Origin: the human T2T-CHM13v2.0 reference genome, Homo sapiens
Direction: 5' to 3' (one strand)
Assembly: GCF_009914755.1 (NCBI RefSeq)
Contig: NC_060930.1
DNA: 64,000 nt
Numbering within the stretch: the stretch's first letter is position 1; each line of letters opens with the position of its first letter. Below are positions 43,450 through 54,735 of this stretch, one piece after another. A program made the position numbers and the translations under genes. The notes below the pieces were generated by a model, which was given only the letters and a program-made list of their open reading frames with translations, made no database searches and was not told the origin of the DNA.

Positions 43450-44000
43450 GAATGTGGCGGTGTCTCTTTTAGCAGCAGGCACCAGTTGCAACACGACATT
43501 GACCATGCAACATCAACTGAAGCAGCCGCCAACTCGCCAGCCAGGCGCACTGGTGGGTCTCCGGCTTCCCCATTGCACTCTGCGCGCAGCGGCGGCGTTT
43601 CAGGAACCCAGGCCGGCCGGGCGCTCCTTCCCTCCCAATTCATCCAGGACCTTGCCCTCGCGGAGCCAGTCTCCGCGCTGGCACCGCCCCACTGTAGCTT
43701 TCCAGCTGAGCTTTTTAGCCTCTGGTCCCCGCGCAGCGAAATGCGCTTGGGGAAGGGAGCAAGTGGTGGTGGCGGCGGCGGCAACCTAAGAGGCAGAAGG
43801 GAAGAAACGTGCAAGGCCTGCGAGAGTTCCCCATGGAAGGAATTCCATTTTGTGCCTGTAGACCGTGGGAAGCTGGGGTCTCCCAGGGTGGAACTGCGGG
43901 GCGCTGTCCTCCCCAAAACGCAGAGGACAGGCAGCACCAGTTGCAGAAGGTACCGCGGGCCCATTTCCCACTCGCCACCAGAGTTCAGTTCGGCAGAATT
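43450..44000. promoter_or_regulatory. Orphan CpG island (candidate promoter/enhancer)
   Basis: About 36 CpGs in ~550 bp of GC-rich, non-repeat sequence against a CpG-depleted AT-rich background. Confidence 0.8.
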
Positions 44001-45149
44001 CTAACCCCACTTCCAAGAACCCACCATTGGCCCCTCTGGTTGATTATGATGATTCACTAATTTTCTGTTTAAACCCTGCAGCATTTTCCCAATGTCGGCA
44101 CTTCTAAATAATTTATCCCCCCCTGGACCGTTATGGAACCTCCATGACCGACCTACCTCTCAGCCCCTTATTTATAGCGTCCTAAAATACAAGGTGTTTT
44201 AAAATCCTCAAAAACATGACTGGCTCTTTGAATGCATTTGGGGCAGCCGCTTTCTGGTATTGGTGTGTTAGACTTCTGTCAAAAATACAATTACAATGCA
44301 GTTTAAAAATATTGGTTTTTAGCCTTTTTCCCCTCTAGTAATGTACAGCATGAATCACACTAGGAGCATAGTCTGGAATTTTAACCTTATTAATTAACAT
44401 AATTTCCTCATCACTTCTGTGAGTCACGATCATATGAAAACTGCTGAGAGTTAGAAATAAGGTACAATGCAACACACCTTTTCTAAATGGAGATCCCAAC
44501 GTCCTCCTCCCCACCCATTACAATTTATCTGGGGATTAATAGGTAAGAGTTTAAAACCTTGTAACTATTAGCGATGGGAGCAACTCGTGAAAAAAGTTGC
44601 TAATTTGATTTGGTTCGGCGCTTTATCAATTCAACTAATTTGAAAAATAATGTTAAACATAATGCTGAAATGTAAGTAATGCCTTTTGCTGCCAGGGAGC
44701 AAAATCTAAGTGGGGTGTGGTTAGAGATGAAAATACAGACAATAGAAGATTGTGGGTCAGGGTAAGATATTGAAAGAAAGGACCTGGAGTTTCCAGTTCC
44801 CCTCCCTCTCCCGGAATAGAAGTTCAGCTGAAGGTGTCCAGTTGTCTGCCCATCTTAGCAGGTGACATTTGGGGAAGCCCCCTTCCAGGGGCTGTGAGAT
44901 TCCAAGGCACCTCCTGCCAGGGTTGCTTCCACCTAACAGTCTTTTCACTGTTCAATGCCCCTTGTTACTTCTCTTGCTGACCATAGGGCTTGGCCCATCT
45001 TCTTAGGCTTCCCGGAGCAGAAAAGGCAAGAATGTTCCAACTTCTCCTGTCCTGTCTCCAAACAACTGTCCCAATCTTCTAAATATTTTGAAGATTTCCA
45101 ACTCCATCATATAAATATAGAAATTGGAACAATTCTACATCCAACTACA

Positions 45150-45345
45150 TCCTTGGGTTTGAATTCTGGCCCTGTCACTTATAGCTGTGAAAGTTTGGAC
45201 AAGCTATGAAATCATTTCAAACCTATTTTCTACATTTGTAAATGGCAATAGTAATAATGCCTATTTCATAAGGTTGTGGTGAGAACTAAATGAGATATTA
45301 CATGTAAAGCCCATGCTCATCACATGATGAGCTATCAATAAATAT
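45150..45345 (+). mobile_element. MIR SINE
   Basis: tgggtttgaattctggccctgtcacttatagctgtga...tgtaaatggcaatagtaataatgcctatttcataaggttgtggtgagaactaaatgagata. Confidence 0.75.
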
Positions 45346-48300
45346 TATTTCTTTTATTTTGTTGTTGGCTTCACTTCCTAAAAGCTGTGTTATTTTGGGC
45401 ACAGTTCATTCATCAAATGGAAGAGGGGCAGGTAATAGTAAAATCTATTGTTGGTGTTGTTGTGAAGATTACATTAATGAGTGAAAAGCATTTAGAACAA
45501 GACTGGGCTTATACTAAATGCTAAAGAATGTTAACTAACTTTATTCCATTCATTGATGTTTAGATCTAGACCCTTAATTAATGGTGGACACAGAAGGAAC
45601 ACAGAGTCAGTTCTCTTTTCTGTTCTGTAGGTGTTCAGTGGTGAAGAATGGAGCACATAGTCTTCCTTCAAGAAGTCCCAGACTGCTGTTCTCCTCAGTG
45701 TCCACTATCTACTTCCAACCTGCTTTCCAGGCTGCACCACTAGGTCTTGCTCTGACCTGAGGGAGGGACTAAATGGAGGTAGAGCTAGTGTTTGTTTTGG
45801 CCCTTACTTGAGGACTGGAAGACATGCAGGGGATACCTATTCCGAAGACACAGAACCATCCTAAATTTATGGGATATAGAGTGATTTGGTGTTCTTAAGG
45901 GACACTTATGCTTCCCCCTTCAGGCTGACTGGTCGTGGATATCTATTTTCTAGTCTTGATTACTTCAGTTTGAGGCTCTAGCACTTGCTAAATCACACAA
46001 GCCCTTGGGAGGATGTATGCTGTTAAGTTGTCTTCAGTCAACATTCCTCAATTCCTGCAGCCAGGATTGACTGAGCATCTAGTACGGAAGGTTGGGTATT
46101 AGAGGCCAGATATACGTTGAAGAGAGCCTATCTGGTAAGCCCCCTTTACACACATCAAAGGCATCCTTATAGCCCTTTATTGGCATTTGCTTTGCAGATT
46201 ATGTAGTGGTGCAGGTACAGTGAACCTAAAGGTGCTGGGTTTTCATGAAGGAGAGAAGGCAGGCCAACCAGATAAGAGGAATGAAAGAATGGTACCCAAA
46301 AGGTCCTTCTTGACATTTTTTTCTAACTGAGTTTTCACAGCTGGATGCTTAAACACCAGGTAGGGCATGAGAGACAGGTGTCTATTCTGCCACTTATCTA
46401 AAGTTTCCTAATTGCACCAAAGCATACATCACATACACTTTCGAGAGGCAAAGCTCAGCATTTTAGTCCAACGGCCTGAGGAAACAGATACCCCTTGATC
46501 TGGAAAACGCTGTTTCTTGCTCTTAGGGCTCAATATCGCTCTCTATAGTTGTTTTGAAAATAGCATCACAATTGCTCACTTGGCATCAGGAATGGGGTGG
46601 TGATAGGGTTGATGAGAAAGAATGTGTTTCTACTATAAGTTAAAATATTTTAAAAATATTTGGATGTCAGATCTCCTTGGCTGCCAAATTCTTAGTTCAA
46701 CTTTCTCTTTATTTTCACTAAAACTGAAGGCTTTTCTAAAGACAGAAGGCAGAGTACTTCCTGACATCTAGTACTAGATTTTTGCCTTATTGGCTAATGC
46801 TTTAGGGTTAAAACAGAATATATTTTGGCCATGTGGTTATCTGAGAAAAACTTTTGGTCATGTTTAGTTTGTGGAAAGAAAATTTTTTATCCCTTTTTAA
46901 GGATGATGAAGGATGGAAATGAGAACCAACTCCCTAGAAAAATCTGCAAGACGGCCTGTGAGATACAGATACTTGCCTCCTAAATGTAGGCAGACTGCTG
47001 AGTGTTTTAGATCCAGTGATTACACAATCTGTTACAACATAAATAGATATCAATTTTAAACTAAAAATGGATTTTGCTAGTGGGTCATGTGTAACAGCTC
47101 TCTCCAAATTAAAAAAAATCTGATTGTAGTTAACTATGAGAATTTTAGCAGACTAGAACTATGAAAAAGATTAAAGAATCTGTTTTCCATACAGTATATC
47201 TTTCTAAACCAAAACCAAACAGCTATATGTGCATTAATTTTCTGAATAATCCTGGGAAAGGTCTCAGTTATGCTGGTGATTATATCTGTATAGAAATGAT
47301 TGAGAACCAAGACACTTTTTTCTTAAAACTATGCTTTTACTTTCATGGAAACTAACCCAGTGCACACTTAATTGGGTTGTTTGGTAGGCAAGATTTTAAT
47401 CAGCACTATTGTAGGAGAGAGTCAAATTCTTGGCAGGGCCTGGAAAAGAGGGTCTGAGATCCATGGATACATCCATAAATATACTTATCAGATTTAATGT
47501 ATAACACACAATATATGTGGAAATTGCACAGTCTATTTGGAAACACCAGCATTGCTAATATCCAAAGAAATGAGAGAAAGGCTTTGGCCTAAGTTCCTGG
47601 AACATTTGTGATTGCTGTTTTGAGTTACAGGAATAATTTTGCAAAAGGTAAAGGGCTTCAGAAAGACCACCTATCCCTACCCTACAGTGTTTAGTTAAAT
47701 AATTCATAACTTTCAGCCACATTTAATTAATTTTCCACCTCATTACTCTTAAAAATGCTGTCTCATATTGAATAATGACTTTGTGTTTATTTGCTGAGTA
47801 GACAAATTAAGTCAGAATAAAAGTCAGAATAAGGGCTTTAAATTTGCAAATGTAGAAAACTGTTATTTAAACAATCTAAAAAGAAAATAGGAGACATAAT
47901 TTATTATATAGCATTTAATTATGCTATTTAAGAATGTTCACACAAATTTAAAACAGAATTTCTTAACCTGGGTCTGTGAACTATAGACCAATTGTTAGGC
48001 CACACAAGGTCTGTGAATTACTGATATTATAAGCAGAATTTCAAATGTGTGTTCATATGTGCTCTTTATTGGATACAGATTTTCTCACTTACATGAGATT
48101 GCCAATGGTGTTCAAGAATTTTAAGAAACCCATTTAAAAACCACCAATTTAAATGAGCCATGCATGCCAAATTTTAAGTAAAAAAATATATGTAGATAAT
48201 TTGTAAAAGTTGCCATAGAATTAATCTTCTTTTAAATGATAATTGAAGGATATCTGAGAGCATCTCTTCAAATAAATATTTTTCTTAAGTGATTATTACA

Positions 48301-50029
48301 AGCAAAGAATGCCTTATGCTTTCTTGGCGTAAGGTACTGGTTGCAACATTTAAGGCATGGACTTTGTCACACTGAGTAGTGACATTCATTTGTAAAATTG
48401 ATAGCATGAAAAAATAGAACAAACTTGCTATCTCAGGGAACTGAATATTTGGATTATTGAAGAATTATATAATGTGATAAACATGGATAATTTTTTTTAG
48501 CAATTTAGTACATATCTCTCACTTTTGATAAGTACTTTAGAGTTTCCCAATCACTTTCATATCCACTATCTTGTTTGAGCGTCACAACTACCTCATCATG
48601 CATAGATTGTGGGAATCCTCTTGTTTTTTGATAAGCAAAGAGAGGTTGTTGCATGAGTTCACCACAGCTAATATGAGCCAGATTTCAATGTAGGTCTCCT
48701 GACTTCTAAAATTGTGGATTTTTAAAATGGCAACTTATTCTTTCTCTATGTGTAACAATAGAAGCTATTATTCTTTAATAACTTAGAGTAGAGGGCACTC
48801 TCAGGATCACGTGTTGATTGCTACTATGACTGTTGCTATCACTATATAGTTCAAAATAAAACTTCTCATGATTTAAGGCTTCTGATAATTTGGAGTCTAA
48901 GCATGGTGATAAACACTATCTCAGGATTGTTTTCTAATAAAAGTAATTGTTAACAAAGCTCACTTTGAAAGTGGCAAGTTTCGGACTCATTCATAGTCAT
49001 ATCAGTAAAATCATTACTTTTATCATATAGTTCCTGCCTTACCCACTCTAACACATATCCACATTTTGTTTATATGTAACATATAACAAGAAAAGATATT
49101 CATCTCTGCAAAAAGCAGCATAAAATAAATATGTTTATGGAATAGGGACATTAGAAAAATTTTCACGTGATTTACATAGGCATGTTTTGTATTATAAAAT
49201 TCTAAGTTTGGTTCAAAATTATTGACTGAGTGCTTAAATTATCAGGGACTGTGACAGGCTCTAGGTATACAATGGTGAATATGATGAACCTTGATAGAAG
49301 TTCTCAAGGAACTTGTATTTGATGGAGAATTGGGACTCTAAGATCCGGATTGTGTCCACTGATATTTTTTATATACAATATTTGTATAGTGAATATGTGT
49401 GAATTTGTAGAAGTCAGGATATCAGGATATTGGTAGAGACCTCTTTCTACCAATTAGTTTCATGTTGTAGATGGAAGCTACAGAGTTCATGTTTGGTCTT
49501 TCTAGATGCCTGTCCTTTGTAAAGAAGAAAACTTTTCCTATTGAGGATAACAAGTTCTCTGGTATGAAGGATCTTTCAGCAGGGATTTGACAAGCTCTTG
49601 GAGAGTTGTGGAGGAAAATTCAAACATAAGTGAGCAGTCACTATAAGGAAAATTACAATTTTCCTCCAATTAGAGATCTCACGACTTCTGACAAACCCTT
49701 TGAACTTAATGCAGCCTTAGGTTTCTTCAACTTATGAAATGAATTAAATCTATTTTGTCTATCTACATTATAGGATTGTGATAGCTCTCTGAATAATTTA
49801 ACAAATATATATTAATGTATAATTGCTGAAGATTAGCAATTTGCCTTGCCCATTTTTTGCTTATAGTTTTGTTTTCTAGAAAAAATCAATAATTTATATT
49901 CCTCCCCAAACTAAAAAAAGAGCCCAGATTTTTAATTTTTTGATAAAATCTCATTATTTTGGAAAAATTATTAAATATAGACTCATTGAATTTACCTTTG
50001 TTGTTGGTTTATTGACAATAATTAGAGGG

Positions 50030-51210
50030 AAAATAAGTCTTATTAAGTTATAATTTACATGCAATCAAATTCATGCTTTGTAAGTGACAAATGATTTTTA
50101 GTACATTTATAGAATTGTGCACCCATCTAGTTTTAGAACCTCCTACCATCCCCAAAATATCCTTCAAACACATTTGTAACCATTCCTTGTTCCTCAGCCC
50201 CAGGAAACCACTGATTTGCTTACCACTTTTATAGACTTGCTGTTACTGGAAATTTCAGATAAGTGAAATTATGCAATCTGTAGTCTTTATAGTATGACTC
50301 CCTCTACTTAGCATAACGTTTTTGAAAATCATCCATGTTATAGCATTTATAAGTGTTTCTTTCATTTTAATTCATGAACTTATTGTGTGGTATCAATATA
50401 TACATTTTGTTGATACATTCACTACTTTATGGGCATTGAATTGTTTTCAGTTTTTAGCTACTATGAATAATGATGTTGTGAACATTCACATACAACCATG
50501 TGGAAGTAAGTTTTCATTTCTCTTGGGTAGATTGACACTTTGGAGTAGAATTACTGGAATTTACAGTAAGTTCATGTTTAATATTTTAAGAAATTGCCAT
50601 ATTATTTGTTCAAGTAGCTGTATCATTTTACATTTCCACCAGCAACTCATGAGGTTGCCAGTTTTTTCGCATCTTTGCCAACACTCAGCATTGTCAGTCT
50701 TTTTGATTATAACCATTCTAGTCGATACATAGTGGTACTTTATGTGGTTTTAATTTTCATTTTTCTAATGACTAATGATTTTGAACATCTTTTTACATGC
50801 TAATTATCCATTTGTATGTATTATTTGGCAAAATGTTGATTCAAATGTTTTGCCTTTATTTTAATTTGGTTGCTTATCTTATTATTATTGAGTTGTAGAA
50901 CTTCTTTATGTATTCTGAATACAAGCTCTTTATCAGATATATAATTTGAAAATATTTTTTCCTGATCTGTGACTTGTCTTTTAATTTTCTTAACAGAGCT
51001 TTTGGAAGAGGATACTTTAATTATGATGAAGTCCAATTTATTAATTTTGGTTTTAGAGATTTGGCTTTTGGAGTTCAATGTAGTCACTCTTTGCCTAATC
51101 CCAGGTATCAAAGATTTTGCATGTTTTCTCTTTGAAGTTTTATATTTGTAGGTTTTACATTTACGTCTATGATTCATTTTGAATTAATATTTGAAAATAA
51201 TGTAAGGTAT
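50030..51210 (-). mobile_element. Old L1 (L1MC/ME-like) 3' end
   Basis: Antisense ORF2 tail (KINKLDFIIIK...KKIKRQVTDQEKIFSNYISDKELVFRIHKE) and 3' UTR. Confidence 0.85.
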
Positions 51211-51349
51211 TTAGAAAATTGGTCAGGAAGACACTTTAGGAGATTGGAAAATAGTGCCTTTAGCAAGTAAATGTGTAAGAAACAAACTGCCTAAATGAGC
51301 TCTTATCTTTTCTATTATAAAATGGGGACATTCTTATTACAAAAGAAGA

Positions 51350-52684
51350 TTGGAAGGAACTTCTGATTTGCAACATTGGAGTAGTAAGGACCAGATTTAC
51401 ACTCTAACCTCAAACAACAACAACAAAAGGTAAAAATATACAAAACAATGTTTTTTAAGATACTGGACTTCAGGCAACAAAATATAGTGACCATTGAGAG
51501 ACAGGAAAATGAGGTGAACCCTATGATTTCCCCAGTTTACTGCCTTGACAGAAATTGCAGATCTTGGGCAAGGAGGGAGAAACCAAGTGGAGCCCAGCAG
51601 ATTTTCTCAACTAGGAAGAGCAAAGCAGTTAGAATTCTTAGAAGACACTCCTGGAAAACGGAAAGATACACAGGGAGAGAACTCTAGGTATTTGCAAACA
51701 GTCTCCTACAGTTTTCAGCTGAGTACTGTTTAGTGCATGAATGTGAGAAAACTATGCTAGGCCAGAAAAAGAACTATCCAAAAGGTTTAGCTGTAACAGT
51801 TCATGTGGCTCATATCAGACCCTAAATTGTGTTTGTTCACACTAGACAGACTAGACAGTCTCATAATCCACATAGCATTAGAGAATAATTAGCTCTAAAC
51901 TAAATATGACCTGGTCCCACCTAACAAATATAAAAAGCAAGGCCCAAGGGGATCAAACTGTTTCCAAGTAACTTAACTGCATCACAGGAAAAAAAAAAAA
52001 AAACCTTAAGTACTATTTATAGGAAGACAAAAATATCCAGCAACAAACAAGGTAAAATTCATGATTCTTGAGACCTAATAAATAATTACTGATCATGCCA
52101 AGAAGGAAGAAAATAGGACCTATGATGAGAAAAGAATTAATCTATCAAAATTGACCCAGAACTGATGTTAAAATTTTCATATGGGAACATTAAAACAGCT
52201 ATTATAACTTTATTTCATACATTTATAAGTTAAGCAAAAACATAGACAATATAAAGAAAAAGACCCAAATCAAATGTCTAGAGAAGAAAACTACAAAATG
52301 GGAGATAAAAAATATACAGTGGGATAGCATTATGGCAGATTAAACATTGTAGAAGAAAAGATTGATGATCTGAAAGATATAGCAATATTAACCAAAATAA
52401 AACACAGACAAAAATAATAATTAAAAAAAATAATCTGAGCATCAGTGAGTTGTGGGATAACTTCAAACAAAATCCTTGAATGTGAGGAAAACAGAGAGAT
52501 CAAAAGTATTTGAAGAAAAATGGCCAGAATTTTTCGAAATTTGTTGAAAACCATGAACTGACATATCCAAGAAGTTCAATCAACTTGAAACACAAGAAAC
52601 AAAGACTACATCAAGGCACATCACAATCAAGTTGTTCAAAGCCAGAGATAAAGAGAAAAATCTTAAAAGCAACCAGAGAATAAA

Positions 52685-52725
<41 letters not shown>

Positions 52726-53035
52726 TATAGAGTAACAAATATAAGTTTGACATCAATATGTCATCAGAAGCAATGGAAGCAAGAAGACAGTAACACAACA
52801 TTTTAAAAATACTGGAAGACAGAAAACAAAACAACATCAACAACAATAAAACTCTGCAATTCTATACCCAGAATTCACAATGGAGACAAAATAAAGTCCT
52901 CTTCAGACCTATGAAAGCTAAAATAATTCATCACCTGCAGACCCTCACTACAAGAAATGTTACATAAACTCCTTCAGGAATAAGGAAGATGGTACCAGGT
53001 AGAAATATGAGTGGGTGATCTAAAGAGAAGAGGAG
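51350..53035 (+). mobile_element. Old L1M 5' UTR and ORF1, containing a (CA)n run at ~52687-52722
   Basis: Same 5' family as 16980-19300; ORF1 remnant gcatcagtgagttgtgggataacttcaa...aagagaaaaatcttaaaagcaaccagag. Confidence 0.8.
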
Positions 53036-53039
53036 CACC

Positions 53040-53520
53040 AGACACAGTAACTGTATTTATGTACATGAACTGTTACCACGAATCCTTTTGGATAGTTATT
53101 TTTCTGGTCAAGTGTAGTTTCCCTGCATTCATGCAATGAACAGTAGGAGACAGCTGAATACTGGAGGGGACTCTTTGCAAATATGCAGAATTTTTTTCTC
53201 TGTGTATCTTTCTGCTCTCCAGTACTCTCTTCCAAGAATTCTAACTGCCTTCTTCTCCCCAATTTAGAGAGAACTCCACTTGGTTTCTCCCTCTCTGCTC
53301 CATGATCTGGAATTTCTATCAAAGCAATACACTAGGGCAGTCACAAGCCTCACCCCATTCATTTCCTGTCTCTCAGTGGTCACTGTATTTTGTTGCCGAA
53401 AAGTCTAGTTTCTTGAAAAGCATTGTTGTATACATTTTGCCTTTTTGTTGTTGTTGTTGCTCCAGGTTAGAGGGTAAATCTTGTCCCTACTACTCCAACG
53501 TTGCAAATCATAGGTCCCTC
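53040..53520 (-). mobile_element. Inverted L1M 5' UTR fragment, paralogous to 51350-51840
   Basis: Reverse complement aligns by eye with 51350-51840; both spurious ORFs share LGR..QLEFLE...G..KDTQ. Confidence 0.75.
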
Positions 53521-54499
53521 CCAATCTTCTTTGGTAACAGGAATTTTCTCATTTTCCAATAGACAAGATAAGGGCTTATTTGAGCACATAATGTGTTCCT
53601 TACACATTTGCTTGCTAGAGATACAGTTTTCCAAGCTAGTCTCCTGAGGAGTTTTCCTGATCAATTTTCTAAAAAGTGGCAAGATATCTTTTCTTTGACC
53701 CCTATTGATCCTTTTAAGGAACACAACAATTTAATTGATAACATTCCTTTTATTATACAGTTTTCAATTAGTCTTGGCAGCTTTCTTTTTATTGCTTTTC
53801 TCCTTTATGACTGGATTGCAGTCCCAGCAGAGAAGCCCCACTCCTTTGTCAAATATGCTTCTGAAAAAAAGCTTTTTGGGGCTAACTAGCCTATAGATGG
53901 TTTCTTCCAGCTGCAATTTAAAGTGTTGATCTGAAAGGAGAGCCTAATTTATTTGATTTCTGATTTCTATGATAGTATAAGTCTCCCTAAGCACTGTAAA
54001 GAGTTAAGGTCAGCTGCAGCTAATCATCGCAGGATTTGAATTTCAAAAAAATGGAAATGGAAGGTTTTTATTGAAAGCCCTTAGATCTTTTGCTTCCTTT
54101 CCAAGACTTACAGGAACATTTTTTTTTTTTCATTCTCAGGGCAGAATGAAATCATTATTCAGTCTTGTCCTAAAGGAGTAAGACTTTAGCTAATACCCAT
54201 TTAAAAATATTTCCTTTTCTTAGCATTATAGTCCTCATTGGATTTAGCGAGGATTACTGAGCTCTTGTTTTTATTTTTGTTTTTTATTTTTCCTTTTGTA
54301 AAATAGGTCAGGCTCCTCAGAGGCAAGTAATTCAATAAAATAGTTGTCTAACATGTGAAGTTTAAAAGACATCTGTTTAAGAGGACTAGACAGGGGAAAA
54401 GGGAGGAAATGACCTATATATATATTAAGGCTTCTGCATACAAATATGCCCACTCATTTTGTGGATGGAGACTTACTGGCAAATCCATTAGAGCTGCAG

Positions 54500-54735
54500 G
54501 GGCAGCCAGGGCTCTGAGCCAGGTTGCCTGGATTCAAGTCCTGGTTCTTGCCCTTATTAGCTGAGCAATCTTGGCCAAGTTACATATTAAATAATTTCTG
54601 TGTATTTCCATTTCCCCAGTAGTAGGTGGGGGTAGTAAAATCACCTCTTTCATAGATTTGATATGAGGATAATTCAAGTTAATATTTATAAAGCACTTAG
54701 AATAATTCTTTGTACACAAAACATACTGTATAAGT
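54500..54735 (+). mobile_element. MIR SINE
   Basis: gcctggattcaagtcctggttcttgcccttattagctgagcaatcttggccaagttac...taaagcacttagaata. Confidence 0.75.

Noticed and set aside
43436-44107. Overlapping 172-aa and 174-aa ORFs on both strands
   Set aside because: Expected from stop-codon scarcity in a GC-rich island; low-complexity Ala/Pro/Gly/Arg content with no recognisable domain.
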